Source: an uncultured Thermoleophilia bacterium (GTDB taxonomy: Bacteria > Actinomycetota > Thermoleophilia > UBA2241). From it: a DNA stretch of 40,267 bases. The notes beneath the pieces are model-generated. The model was not told the DNA's origin and did no database searches. It was given only the letters and a program-made list of their open reading frames with translations. The position numbers and the translations under genes were made by a program. The DNA lies in the NCBI GenBank assembly GCA_963715985.1, contig CAVQSP010000022.1:1-40267 (forward strand), given 5' to 3'. Shown one piece after another: positions 29,885 to 38,962 of this stretch. Positions within the stretch are counted from its first letter, which is position 1, and each line of letters opens with the position of its first letter.

Positions 29885-29976
29885 CCGGCCGGCCCGCGAG
29901 GGCCGGGGTTGGCGGGGCGAGGCGCTCAGGGTCACCTCGCCCCGCCGGGTCCGGCCGGCCCTCGCGGGCCGGCCGG
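29885..29976. repeat. 92-nt nested inverted repeat (REP-like)
   Basis: Perfect 22-bp outer arms 29885-29906 and 29955-29976; 12-bp inner arms 29911-29922 and 29935-29946. Confidence 0.8.
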
Positions 29977-29991
29977 ATGCTCTGCCGCGTC

Positions 29992-31764
29992 TCAGACGCG
30001 GTCGTGCTCGAAGTAGTGGGTGTGCAGCAGGTGGTGCGAGATCTCGCCGCACGGCGCCCCGAGGTACTCCTCGTAGAGGGCGCACACGGCGGGGTTCTCG
30101 TGGGACTTGCGGATCTCGCGGCCCTCGTCCTCGCGGAAGATGGCCGCCATGCGCGCCTTGCGCACCTCGTTGGTCGTGAACCGCGGCTGCCCGCCACCGC
30201 CGATGCAGCCACCGGGGCAGGTCATGACCTCGACGAAGTGGTACTCGGCTTCGCCGCTCTTGACCTGGTCGATGACCTTCTGCGCGTTGCCGAGACCGTG
30301 GGCCACGGCGACCTTGAGGTCGGCGCCCTCGAGGAAGGCCCAGTCGCCCTTGGCGCCCTCGACCTTGACGGTGGCGACCTTCACGCCCTCGAGACCCTCG
30401 ATGGGCTCGACGTGGAGGTTGGGGAACGGGAACGGCGTCTCGGTGACGATCTCCCACGCCGTGCGCAGGGCCGCCTCCATGACGCCGCCGGTGTTGGCGA
30501 AGATGTCGGCGGCGCCGGTGCTGATGCCCAGCGGCGCGTCCATCTCCTCGTCGGGCAGGCCGCGGAAGTCGATGCCGGCCTGCGTGATCAGGGCGCCGAG
30601 CTCACGCGTGGTGAGCACGATGTCGACGTCCCGCACGCCGCTGTCGTTCATCTCCGGGCGCGCCGCTTCGTACTTCTTGGCGGTGCACGGCATGACCGAG
30701 ACCACGACCATGTCCTCGGGCTTCACGCCGATCTTCTCGGCGTAGTAGGTCTTGGCGATGGCCCCGAACATCTGCTGCGGGCTCTTGCAGGTGCTCAGGT
30801 TGTCGAGCATGTCGGGGTTGAAGTGCTCCATGTAGTTGATCCAGCCCGGAGAGCAGCTGGAGAACTGCGGCAGAGCCACCTGCTCGCCGTCCACGAGCGC
30901 CTTCTTGAGACGCACGAGCAGTTCGGTGCCTTCCTCCATGATCGTGAGGTCGGCGGTGAAGTCGGTGTCGAACACCGCGTTGAAGCCGAGGCGACGGAGC
31001 GCCGCGACCATCTTGCCCGTCACGAGCGTGCCCGGCGCGTAGTCGAAGCACTCGCCGAGGGCGGCACGGATGGCCGGCGCGGTCTGCACGATGACCGTCT
31101 TGGTCGGGTCCTCCAGCGCGTCCCAGACCTGGTCGATCTGGTTGCGCTCCTGGATGGCGCCCACGGGGCACACGGCGGCGCACTGGCCGCACTGCACGCA
31201 GACCACGTCGCTCAGGTTCTGCGAGAACGCCGGGCCGATGAGGGTGGCGAAGCCGCGGCCCTGGGCGAACAGCCCGCCGACCTGCTGCACTTCGTTGCAC
31301 ACCGTGACGCAGCGCCGGCAGGCGACGCACTTGCCCGTGTCGCGGATGAGCGCCGGGGTGCTGTCGTCGATCATCTTGAAGGTCTTCTCGCCCTCGTAGC
31401 GGAGCTCGCCGATGCCGAGGTCGAGGGCGAGGTTGCGCAGCTCGCAGTCGGCGGAACGGCCGCAGACCTGGCAGTCACCGTCGTGCTCCGAGAGGAGCAG
31501 CTCGACGACCATCTGGCGGCCGTCGCGCGCCTTGCCGGAGTTGGTGTGGACGACCATGCCGTCGGTGGCCGGCTGGCTGCACGAGGCGACCAGCGTGCGC
31601 GCGCCCTCCACCTCGACGAGGCAGACGCGGCAGGCACCGATGGACTGGACGTCTTCGAGGTAGCACAGGGTGGGGATCTTCACTCCTGCCTGCCGGGCAG
31701 CCTGGAGCACCGTAGTGCCCCCGGGGACCTCGACAGGGATCCCGTCGATAGTGAGAGTCGGCAT
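29992..31764 (-). CDS. hydA: Group A [FeFe]-hydrogenase catalytic subunit (hydA-1)
   Basis: N-terminal FeS motifs; P1 SSCSPGW, P2 MPCTAKKYEA, P3 EVMTCPGGCIGGGGQP. Confidence 0.95.
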   Translation of the reverse strand: MPTLTIDGIPVEVPGGTTVLQAARQAGVKIPTLCYLEDVQSIGACRVCLVEVEGARTLVASCSQPATDGMVVHTNSGKARDGRQMVVELLLSEHDGDCQVCGRSADCELRNLALDLGIGELRYEGEKTFKMIDDSTPALIRDTGKCVACRRCVTVCNEVQQVGGLFAQGRGFATLIGPAFSQNLSDVVCVQCGQCAAVCPVGAIQERNQIDQVWDALEDPTKTVIVQTAPAIRAALGECFDYAPGTLVTGKMVAALRRLGFNAVFDTDFTADLTIMEEGTELLVRLKKALVDGEQVALPQFSSCSPGWINYMEHFNPDMLDNLSTCKSPQQMFGAIAKTYYAEKIGVKPEDMVVVSVMPCTAKKYEAARPEMNDSGVRDVDIVLTTRELGALITQAGIDFRGLPDEEMDAPLGISTGAADIFANTGGVMEAALRTAWEIVTETPFPFPNLHVEPIEGLEGVKVATVKVEGAKGDWAFLEGADLKVAVAHGLGNAQKVIDQVKSGEAEYHFVEVMTCPGGCIGGGGQPRFTTNEVRKARMAAIFREDEGREIRKSHENPAVCALYEEYLGAPCGEISHHLLHTHYFEHDRV

Positions 31765-31767
31765 CCT

Positions 31768-34700
31768 TCAGCGCTCCTTGTTCGCAGAGCTGTACTTGCC
31801 GTAGTCGCAGCGCAGGCAGCGCCTGGCCTCGGCCAGGGCGACCTGTGCGGCCCAGCCCAGCTCGACTTCGTCGAAGTTGGTGACCCGAGCGGCCACGGGG
31901 AGTTCGTCGACCGCATGACGGTCGACCAGCTGCGGGTCGGCGTCGGGGTCGAAGAAGGTCGGCGGCTCCACGTCCATGCGCCAGAACGCGTGGTTGGCGC
32001 CGGTGAGGAACTGGTCGATGCCGGCCGCGGCCCTCTCGCCGGCGCCGATCGCCTCGACCACGGAGGACGGACCCGTGGCGGCGTCGCCGCCGGTGAAGAC
32101 CCAGTCCGTGGACGTCTGGCCCGTGTCCGGGTCGGCGGAGAGGTAGCCCCAGCGGTTGAGCTCGACGGGCGTGCCGTCCAGGACGGCCGGCGCGTCGAGC
32201 TTCTGGCCGATGGCGGCGATGACGGTGTCGGCCTCCACGACGAAGTCGGGGTTGTGGCCGGCCACAGGGCGCCGCCGCCCGCTCCTGTCGTAGTCGCCGA
32301 GCGCCATCTCCTTGCAGTGCACGCCGCAGACGTTGCCGCTCGCGTCGCGGAGGATCTCCTCCGGGGCCACGAGCGTCATGATCTCGATGCCCTCGAGGTC
32401 GGCGGCGTCGATCTCCTCGCCCCACGCCGGCATCTGCGCGCGCGTGCGGCGGTACAGGATCTTGACGCTCTCGGCGCCGAGGCGCACGGCGGTGCGGGCG
32501 GCGTCGATGGCCGCGTTGCCGCCGCCGATGACGGCGACGTTCTTGCCCACCGTGCCCTTGCCGCTGACGTTGTACTCCTTGAGGAAGGAGAGGCCGTCGT
32601 ACACGCCGGGGCCGTCCTCGCCGGGCACGCCGATACCCATGCCCTGCGGGGCGCCGACGGCCACGAACACGGCCTCGTACCCCTCGTCCTTGAGGGCCTT
32701 GAGCGTGAAGTCGCGGCCGAGGGCCTTGCCGTACTCGAAGCGCACGCCCATGTCCTCGATCATCTTGACTTCGCGCTCGAGCTCCTGGCGCGGCAGGCGG
32801 TAGGCCGGGATGGCCTGGACGAGCATGCCGCCGGCTTTGGGCTCGGCCTCGAACACGACCGGCTTGTAGCCGAGCCGGGCGAGGAAGTACGCGGCCGAGA
32901 GGCCGGCCGGCCCGGAGCCGACGACGGCGACCTTGCGGGCCGCGTTCTCGTCGCTGGCGTGGATCTCGGGCAGCTGCGCGTCCTTCTCCTGCTCCACCAT
33001 GAAGCGCTTGACGTGACGGATCGCGAGGGCCCCGTCGAGGCTCGCGCGCATGCACTTGCTCTCGCAGGGGTGGAAGCAGACGCGGGCGCAGATGCTGGCC
33101 AGCGGGTTGCGCTCGCGGTGCAGCCTGAGCGCCTCGTCGTACCGCTCCTCGCCCACCAGGCTCACGAAGCCGGGGATGTTGACGCTGGCCGGGCACGCGT
33201 TGGAGCAGCGCGCCTTGAACAGCGTCGCGCAGACGCCGGCCTCGCAGTACCCGTCCTTGATGTGCGCTTCGTACTCGTGACGGAAGTGGCGGATGGTGCT
33301 GAGCACCGGGTTGGGGGCCGTCTGGCCGAGGCCGCACAGGGCGGTCGCGCTGATGGACTCGCCGAGGGCGACGAGGCGCTCGATGTCGCCCTCTTCACCT
33401 TCGCCGCGCGTGATGCGCTCGACGATCTCGAGCATGCGCTTGGTGCCCACGCGGCAGGGCGGGCACTTGCCGCAGCTCTCTTCCTGCGTGAACTCGAGGA
33501 AGAAGCGGGCGATGTCCACCATGCAGGTGTCCTCGTCCATCACGATGACGCCGCCGGAGCCCATGATGGCGCCGAGCTCCTGGAGCGTCGCGTAGTCGAC
33601 GGGCACGTTGAGGTGTTCCTTGGGGATGCAGCCGCCGGACGGGCCGCCGAGCTGCGCGGCCTTGTAGGCCTTGCCGTTCGGGATGCCGCCGCCGACCTCG
33701 TAGATGAGCTCGCCGAGCTGCATGCCGATCGGCACCTCGACGAGGCCGGTGTGCTGCACGTTGCCGCCCAGCGCGAACACCTTGGTGCCCTTGCTGGACT
33801 CGGTGCCCGTGCTGGCGTACCACTCGGCGCCCTTGAGGATGATGGGCGCGATGTTGGCGAAGGTCTCCACGTTGTTGAGCACGCTGGGCTTGCCCCAGAG
33901 GCCCGAGACCGCCGGGAACGGCGGGCGCGGGCGCGGCTCGCCGCGATGGCCCTCGATGGAGGTCATGAGCGCGGTCTCCTCGCCGCAGACGAAGGCGCCG
34001 GAGCCCATGCGGATCTCGAGGTCGAAGTCGAAGCCGCTGCCCATGATGTCGTCGCCGAGCAGGCCGTACTCGCGGGCCTGGCCGAGTGCGTGCTCGAGGC
34101 GTTCCACAGCCAGCGGGTACTCGGCGCGCACGTACACGTAGCCCTGGTGCGCGCCGATGGCGAAGGCGCCGATGACCATGCCCTCGATGAGCGAGTGCGG
34201 GTCACCTTCGAGCACCGAGCGGTCCATGAACGCGCCCGGGTCGCCCTCGTCGGCGTTGCAGAGGATGTACTTGGTGTCGTTGTCCTGCTGCTGGGCGAAG
34301 CGCCACTTCATGCCGGTCGGGAAGCCGGCGCCGCCGCGGCCGCGCAGACCGCTGGCGAGGACTTCTTCGACGACCTGTTCGGGGGTCATCTCGGTGAGCA
34401 CCTTGGCCAGCGCCTGGTAGCCCTCGCGGGCGATGTACTCGTCGATCTTGAGGGGGTCGATGATGCCGGAGTTGCGCAGCACGATCTTCACCTGGCGGTT
34501 GAAGAACGGGATGTCGTCCATCTCGGCCTGGGTGCGTTCGGTACCGGGGGCGTGGCTCACGAGGCGATCGACGATGCGCCCCTTGAGCAGATGCTCCTCG
34601 ACGATCTCGGGCATGTCTTCGACGTGCACGTTCTGGTAGAAGACGCCGTCCGGGTAGACGAGCGCCACGGGACCCTGCACGCAGGGACCCAGACAGCCGG

Positions 34701-34836
34701 TCTCGACGACGCCCACCTCGCCGGCGAGGTCGCGCTTGACGAGCTCGGTGCGTGCCGCCTCGGCCACGTCCAGCGAGCCGCAGGCGATGCAGCCGCCGCC
34801 GGTGCAGATCAGGAGTTGACTTCTCACATCAGCCAT
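31768..34836 (-). CDS. hydB: HydB/NuoF subunit fused to a GltD/NfnA-like FAD/NADPH oxidoreductase (1022 aa)
   Basis: N-terminal [2Fe-2S], NADEGDPGAFMDR, GGPSGG, SCGKCPPCR, HIKDGYCEAGVC; then CSNACP, CARVCFHPCE, GSGPAG, GGGNAA, YRRTR, EARRCLRC. Confidence 0.92.
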   Translation of the reverse strand: MADVRSQLLICTGGGCIACGSLDVAEAARTELVKRDLAGEVGVVETGCLGPCVQGPVALVYPDGVFYQNVHVEDMPEIVEEHLLKGRIVDRLVSHAPGTERTQAEMDDIPFFNRQVKIVLRNSGIIDPLKIDEYIAREGYQALAKVLTEMTPEQVVEEVLASGLRGRGGAGFPTGMKWRFAQQQDNDTKYILCNADEGDPGAFMDRSVLEGDPHSLIEGMVIGAFAIGAHQGYVYVRAEYPLAVERLEHALGQAREYGLLGDDIMGSGFDFDLEIRMGSGAFVCGEETALMTSIEGHRGEPRPRPPFPAVSGLWGKPSVLNNVETFANIAPIILKGAEWYASTGTESSKGTKVFALGGNVQHTGLVEVPIGMQLGELIYEVGGGIPNGKAYKAAQLGGPSGGCIPKEHLNVPVDYATLQELGAIMGSGGVIVMDEDTCMVDIARFFLEFTQEESCGKCPPCRVGTKRMLEIVERITRGEGEEGDIERLVALGESISATALCGLGQTAPNPVLSTIRHFRHEYEAHIKDGYCEAGVCATLFKARCSNACPASVNIPGFVSLVGEERYDEALRLHRERNPLASICARVCFHPCESKCMRASLDGALAIRHVKRFMVEQEKDAQLPEIHASDENAARKVAVVGSGPAGLSAAYFLARLGYKPVVFEAEPKAGGMLVQAIPAYRLPRQELEREVKMIEDMGVRFEYGKALGRDFTLKALKDEGYEAVFVAVGAPQGMGIGVPGEDGPGVYDGLSFLKEYNVSGKGTVGKNVAVIGGGNAAIDAARTAVRLGAESVKILYRRTRAQMPAWGEEIDAADLEGIEIMTLVAPEEILRDASGNVCGVHCKEMALGDYDRSGRRRPVAGHNPDFVVEADTVIAAIGQKLDAPAVLDGTPVELNRWGYLSADPDTGQTSTDWVFTGGDAATGPSSVVEAIGAGERAAAGIDQFLTGANHAFWRMDVEPPTFFDPDADPQLVDRHAVDELPVAARVTNFDEVELGWAAQVALAEARRCLRCDYGKYSSANKER

Positions 34837-34853
34837 AGTCGGTTCACTCGCTC

Positions 34854-35225
34854 TCAGCTCTGGATGAGGTAGGCGTCGACGGGGGTCCCGCCTACGAGGT
34901 GGGTCTCCACGATCGCGTGGACCTTCTCGGTGTCGAGCAGCCCGTAGCGGTACATCGTGCCGTCGGGCATGGTGACCGTCGCCATCGGCTCCTCTTCGCA
35001 GAGACCGGCGCAGCCGGACTGGTGGAGGCTCACGTCGGTGACGCCGGCGTCGGCGATCTCGGTCATGAAGGCGGCCACGATGCCGCGCGCGCCGGCGGCG
35101 ATGCCGCAGGTGCCCATGTGCACGGTGACCTGGCGCTCCTTGCGGCCCTCACGCAGGTCGATGTCGGCCTTGGCCTTGGCGGCCAGCGCCATGAGCTGGT
35201 CGGGGCTGGTGATCTTGTCGGCCAT
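34854..35225 (-). CDS. hydD: Thioredoxin-like [2Fe-2S] ferredoxin subunit (HydD/HndB-like)
   Basis: VHMGTCGIAAGA, SGCAGLCEEEP. Confidence 0.85.
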   Translation of the reverse strand: MADKITSPDQLMALAAKAKADIDLREGRKERQVTVHMGTCGIAAGARGIVAAFMTEIADAGVTDVSLHQSGCAGLCEEEPMATVTMPDGTMYRYGLLDTEKVHAIVETHLVGGTPVDAYLIQS

Positions 35226-35226
35226 G

Positions 35227-35773
35227 TCAGGCGCTCCTCACCTACTCCTTCCGCAAGGACGGGCTCCTCGGCGTACTGGGCGAGGATCTCGTTGACGCGC
35301 TTGGGCTTGACGCGGTGATGCACGTCGTCGTCGACCATGATCACCGGGGCGAGGCCGCAGGCGCCGAAGCAGCGCCCGATCTCCAGCGAGAACACGCGGT
35401 CGTCGGTGGTGCCGCCGATGTCGATGCCGAGCTCCTTCTTGAGCGCGTCCATCACCGCGACGCCGCCGCGCACGTAGCAGGCGGTGCCGAGGCAGATGCG
35501 GATGAGATGCTTGCCGCGCGGCACCGTGGTGAAGAACGAGTAGAACCCCACGACGCCGGCGACTTCGCTGTACGGCTTGCGCAGTTCTTTGGCGATGTGT
35601 TTGAGGGCGACCTCGGGCAGGTACCCGAAGATGCCCTGGGCGAGCTGGAGCACCGGGATCAGGGCGCCGGGCTTGCCCCGGTAGTCCGCGATGACGGCGT
35701 CCAGGCGCGCGAGGAGCTCCTCCTCCGTCGGCTCCTCGGTGCAGCAGGCACACCCCTTGACTTCTTCACTCAT
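35227..35773 (-). CDS. hydC: NuoE/HydC (HndA-like) subunit; natural stop probably displaced by an indel
   Basis: LIPVLQ, GFYSFF, CLGTACYVRG, RCFGACGLAP. Confidence 0.9.
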
Positions 35774-35822
35774 GCGGCTCTCCTTCGCTTGATCCTGCGG
35801 GCTGTCCCGCAGCGCGTGGTTG

Positions 35823-36317
35823 TCAGGTCAGGGTCTGCTGGTAGGCGACGAGGGCGGGGAGCCGCTGCGGCAGCTCGCTGCCGCGCACCTCCACGCGCTC
35901 GTCGCCGTCGACAAGGTCCACCCGGAAGTCGATGTCCGGGTTCGTGGCGACCATGGTGAGGATGCTGGTCGCCACGTCGCCGAGCGGCGGCCGGTCCACG
36001 TTGTCCAGGGCCAGCCAGGCGTGGACGGCGACGCCGCCCAGCTCCTCCGACCGGCCCACTGTGAGGCCGCCGCCTGCGTCCTCCGCCGCCTGGCGGAAGA
36101 GGCTCAGGCCGAGGCCGGTCTTCTTGTGCTGCTTGGTCGTGTAGAACGGGTCCATGGCGTCCTCCGCCTGCACCGGGAGGCCGGGCCCGTCGTCCTGCAC
36201 GTCTATGGCGAGGGTCCCGGCGGTGCGGTCGGCGACGATGGTCGTGGCGATCACCGAGGCGCCGGCGCGCACGGAGTTCTCGATGACGTCCAGCAGGTAC
36301 AGCGAGAGGTCATGCAT
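35823..36317 (-). CDS. Stand-alone HATPase_c (histidine-kinase-like ATPase)
   Basis: LLDVIENSVRAGA, DDGPG, DPFYTTK, GLGL, DRPPLGD; no HisKA domain. Confidence 0.88.
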   Translation of the reverse strand: MHDLSLYLLDVIENSVRAGASVIATTIVADRTAGTLAIDVQDDGPGLPVQAEDAMDPFYTTKQHKKTGLGLSLFRQAAEDAGGGLTVGRSEELGGVAVHAWLALDNVDRPPLGDVATSILTMVATNPDIDFRVDLVDGDERVEVRGSELPQRLPALVAYQQTLT

Positions 36318-37050
36318 GCCCCACGCTCCTGCCCTCGCGGCCGGCCAGCGCCAGCGCGAGCTCGTCGAAGCCGGGGCGCTCGCAGCGCACCGCGGTGCGC
36401 GCCACGCCGATCTCGGCCAGGTAGTGGGCGTCGGACGAGTGCACCAGCGGCAGGCCGTGTACGCGGAAGGGCGCTTCGGCCGCGGCGTCGTCCGCCACGT
36501 GGCGGGAGACCTCCACGGCGTCGAAGCCGGCGGCGTCGGGGAAGAAGCCCAGCTGGGCGATGACGCCGAAGCTGCGGCGGTCGATGTGCGCGGCCACGGC
36601 CAGCCCGCCGTGCCGGTGGATGAGCGCCACGACGGCGTCCACGTCCAGCGTGGTCGCCGTGGCCAGGGCGCGGTCCTCGCGGGCCACCTCGGCGCCGCCG
36701 GCGTCCAGCACGAGCTGCTCGCCGAAGAAGGCCTCGTAGCCGTCGTCGGTGCACGGCAGCGTCGCCCCTACCTCGAGGCCGGCGGCCGCGGCCGCTCCGG
36801 CGTCGGGGAAGAGGCCCACCACGTGGCACTCCTCGGCGGTCGTGACCTCCATGCCGGCCAGCACGGCAAGACGTGCGCCGGCGGCCGCCTGGACGGCGGC
36901 GGTGTTGCGGGCGCTGTTGTGGTCACAGACGGCGATCATGCCCAGGCCCTCAGCGAGCGCCCTCTCCACGATGGCGGGCGGGGTCATCTCCCCGTCGGCG
37001 CAGGGCGAGAGCGCGGTGTGCACGTGCAGGTCTGCGAGGCAGACGTTCAC
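36310..37050 (-). CDS. PHP-domain phosphoesterase
   Basis: DLHVHT, CDHN, AAHIDR, SSDAH. Confidence 0.9.
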   Translation of the reverse strand: MNVCLADLHVHTALSPCADGEMTPPAIVERALAEGLGMIAVCDHNSARNTAAVQAAAGARLAVLAGMEVTTAEECHVVGLFPDAGAAAAAGLEVGATLPCTDDGYEAFFGEQLVLDAGGAEVAREDRALATATTLDVDAVVALIHRHGGLAVAAHIDRRSFGVIAQLGFFPDAAGFDAVEVSRHVADDAAAEAPFRVHGLPLVHSSDAHYLAEIGVARTAVRCERPGFDELALALAGREGRSVGHA

Positions 37051-37400
37051 GCATGGGACCCCTTGACGCCCAGCTCGTAGAGGCGGCCGACCACGTCGAA
37101 GGTCTCGTCGGCGGCGACGTAGAGCACGATGTCCTCAGCGGCCGCCTTCGCGATCACGTCGGCCTCCGGCCGGCGCCCGCCCGCGAACACCACGGCCGCG
37201 AGCTCTGCGTGGCTGGCCACGGCGATGACGTTGAGGTGCACCTGCAGCGTGACGAGCAGGCCGCCCTCCGGGGCGTGCGCGAGCACGTCGCTGAGCAGGT
37301 CCGACGCGTACCCGCGGGTGATGTCAGCCTCGGCGATGGCCGGTGTCTCCGGCGTCAGCAACGCCAGGTCGAGCTTCCTTGCGACGTCTGCGAGCTTCAT
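37047..37400 (-). CDS. DRTGG-domain protein
   Basis: MKLADVARKL..RGYASDLLSDVL..LVTLQVHLNVIAVA; HPr-kinase N-terminal/DRTGG type. Confidence 0.85.
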   Translation of the reverse strand: MKLADVARKLDLALLTPETPAIAEADITRGYASDLLSDVLAHAPEGGLLVTLQVHLNVIAVASHAELAAVVFAGGRRPEADVIAKAAAEDIVLYVAADETFDVVGRLYELGVKGSHA

Positions 37401-38959
37401 CCGACGCTCCCCTCCTCGTTCTTCACGTACGGGCACGCCGCGCGTGTGGCGCGGCCCATCACGATGTCTTCGGCCAGGGCCGCGCAGGTCGGTGCCCCGC
37501 ACACGCCGCAGTCCTTGCCGGGCAGGGACCGGGCGGCGGCGTCCAGCTCGCCGAGCTTGCGGATGGCCACGGCCATGTCCTCGTCGAGGCGCACGCCGGG
37601 GCGCGGGCGGAACGGGCGCGCCCGCTCCACGCTGCGGCCGCCGTCGGCGGTGCTGCTCGCGGCGGCGCCCCAGCGCCAGGTGGCCACGAAGGCGTCCTCC
37701 GCGAGCAGCGGAGAGCCGAAGCAGCCGCCGTCGCAGAGATAGGGCTCCACGGCGGCGACGCCGGTGAGCACGCCGTCCTCGATCTGTTCCAGCACGGCCG
37801 TCACGTGCGCGACGCCGTTGACCACGAGCAGGTCGTCGGCGCCGGCCGCCTGCGGCCGCGGCGTCCTCGCGGCGGCCGTCTCGTGCCGCGCCGTGAGGCG
37901 GGGGAGGACAGCCTCGCGTACGAGTCCGGGCGTCACGGTGCGGCGCTGGTCGGTGGGCTGCTGTGCGAGCAGGGCAGTGCGCTGGCTCGGGCACGAGACC
38001 ACGAAGGTGACCTCGCGGTCCCCGAGGTCGCGCTGCAGCGCCTCCCACGGTGAGGCCAGCGGCGCCAGGTGCGGCACCAGGGCCGGGAACTTGAGCTCGA
38101 TGAGGCTCACGGCGGCAGGGCAGACCGGCGAGATCACCGGCGCTCGCAGGGAGGAGCCGGCGACGAGGTCGAGCACCTCGCGGCGCAGCGCGTCCTCGTA
38201 GGGGTGCGCCACGACGACCTCGTCGTACCCGAGGGCACGCAGCTCGTCGAGCACGATGTCGGCGGCGTGGTCGCCGAAGCCGGCCAGCAGCGCCGGCGGA
38301 ACGGCCAGCACGCCGCCGGCCTCGAGCGCGGCGGGCGCGTCCAGCAGCGTCAGCGCGCGCGGCGCGCAGGCGCCGATGCAGCAGGTGCAGTCCACGCAGA
38401 GGTGCGGCAGCACCGACGGCCGCCCGTCGCGCACGCGCACGGCGGCCGTGGGGCAGGCCACCAGGCAGTGGCGGCAGTCTTTGCACAGCTCGGGCACGAC
38501 GCCCAGCGAGCTCGGCCGGGCGCCCTGGTCGGCGGCCTCGGGGCGCAGGGCGATGGAGAAGCTCACCGTGGTGCCCTCTCCGGTCGCCGACGTGACCTTG
38601 ACGCGGTCGCTGTTGCGGGCGATGTTGGGCAGGCCCATGCCGGCTCCAAAGCCCAGGGCGCGGGCTTCGGCCGAGGCCGTGGAGAAGCCCTCGCGCATGG
38701 CCGCGGACACGTCGGGGATGCCGGGCCCCTCGTCCACCACGTCCACGTCCAGCTGCCCGTCGCTCACGGTGGCGTCCAGCCGCCCGCCGCCGCCCGTGTG
38801 GATGACCACGTTCATCTCGGCCTCGTAGGCGGCGATCATGGCGCGGCGCACCGCGTCGGCCTCGGCGCCGATGCGCTTGAGGTGGCGCTTGAGGTCGCGG
38901 GAGGCCGCGCCGGCGCCGGCGTAGTCACCGCTCTCGATGGGGTACGAGAGGCGCTCCAT
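37397..38959 (-). CDS. RsbT/anti-sigma-type Ser/Thr kinase fused to ferredoxin, a degenerate Fe-hydrogenase large-subunit domain and an FeS domain
   Basis: YEAEMNVVIH, DEGPGI, EGFSTA, GAGMGLPN; CKDCRHC..CP, CVDCTCC; SPVCPA, SCPSQR, LCDGGC; DCGVCGAPTC. Confidence 0.87.
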   Translation of the reverse strand: MERLSYPIESGDYAGAGAASRDLKRHLKRIGAEADAVRRAMIAAYEAEMNVVIHTGGGGRLDATVSDGQLDVDVVDEGPGIPDVSAAMREGFSTASAEARALGFGAGMGLPNIARNSDRVKVTSATGEGTTVSFSIALRPEAADQGARPSSLGVVPELCKDCRHCLVACPTAAVRVRDGRPSVLPHLCVDCTCCIGACAPRALTLLDAPAALEAGGVLAVPPALLAGFGDHAADIVLDELRALGYDEVVVAHPYEDALRREVLDLVAGSSLRAPVISPVCPAAVSLIELKFPALVPHLAPLASPWEALQRDLGDREVTFVVSCPSQRTALLAQQPTDQRRTVTPGLVREAVLPRLTARHETAAARTPRPQAAGADDLLVVNGVAHVTAVLEQIEDGVLTGVAAVEPYLCDGGCFGSPLLAEDAFVATWRWGAAASSTADGGRSVERARPFRPRPGVRLDEDMAVAIRKLGELDAAARSLPGKDCGVCGAPTCAALAEDIVMGRATRAACPYVKNEEGSVG

Positions 38960-38962
38960 GGC

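Noticed and set aside
29977-34872. 1631-aa plus-strand ORF and other long antisense ORFs (e.g. 21757-23748, 27502-29559, 1245-2768)
   Set aside because: Shadow frames of high-GC genes on the opposite strand; no recognisable motifs.
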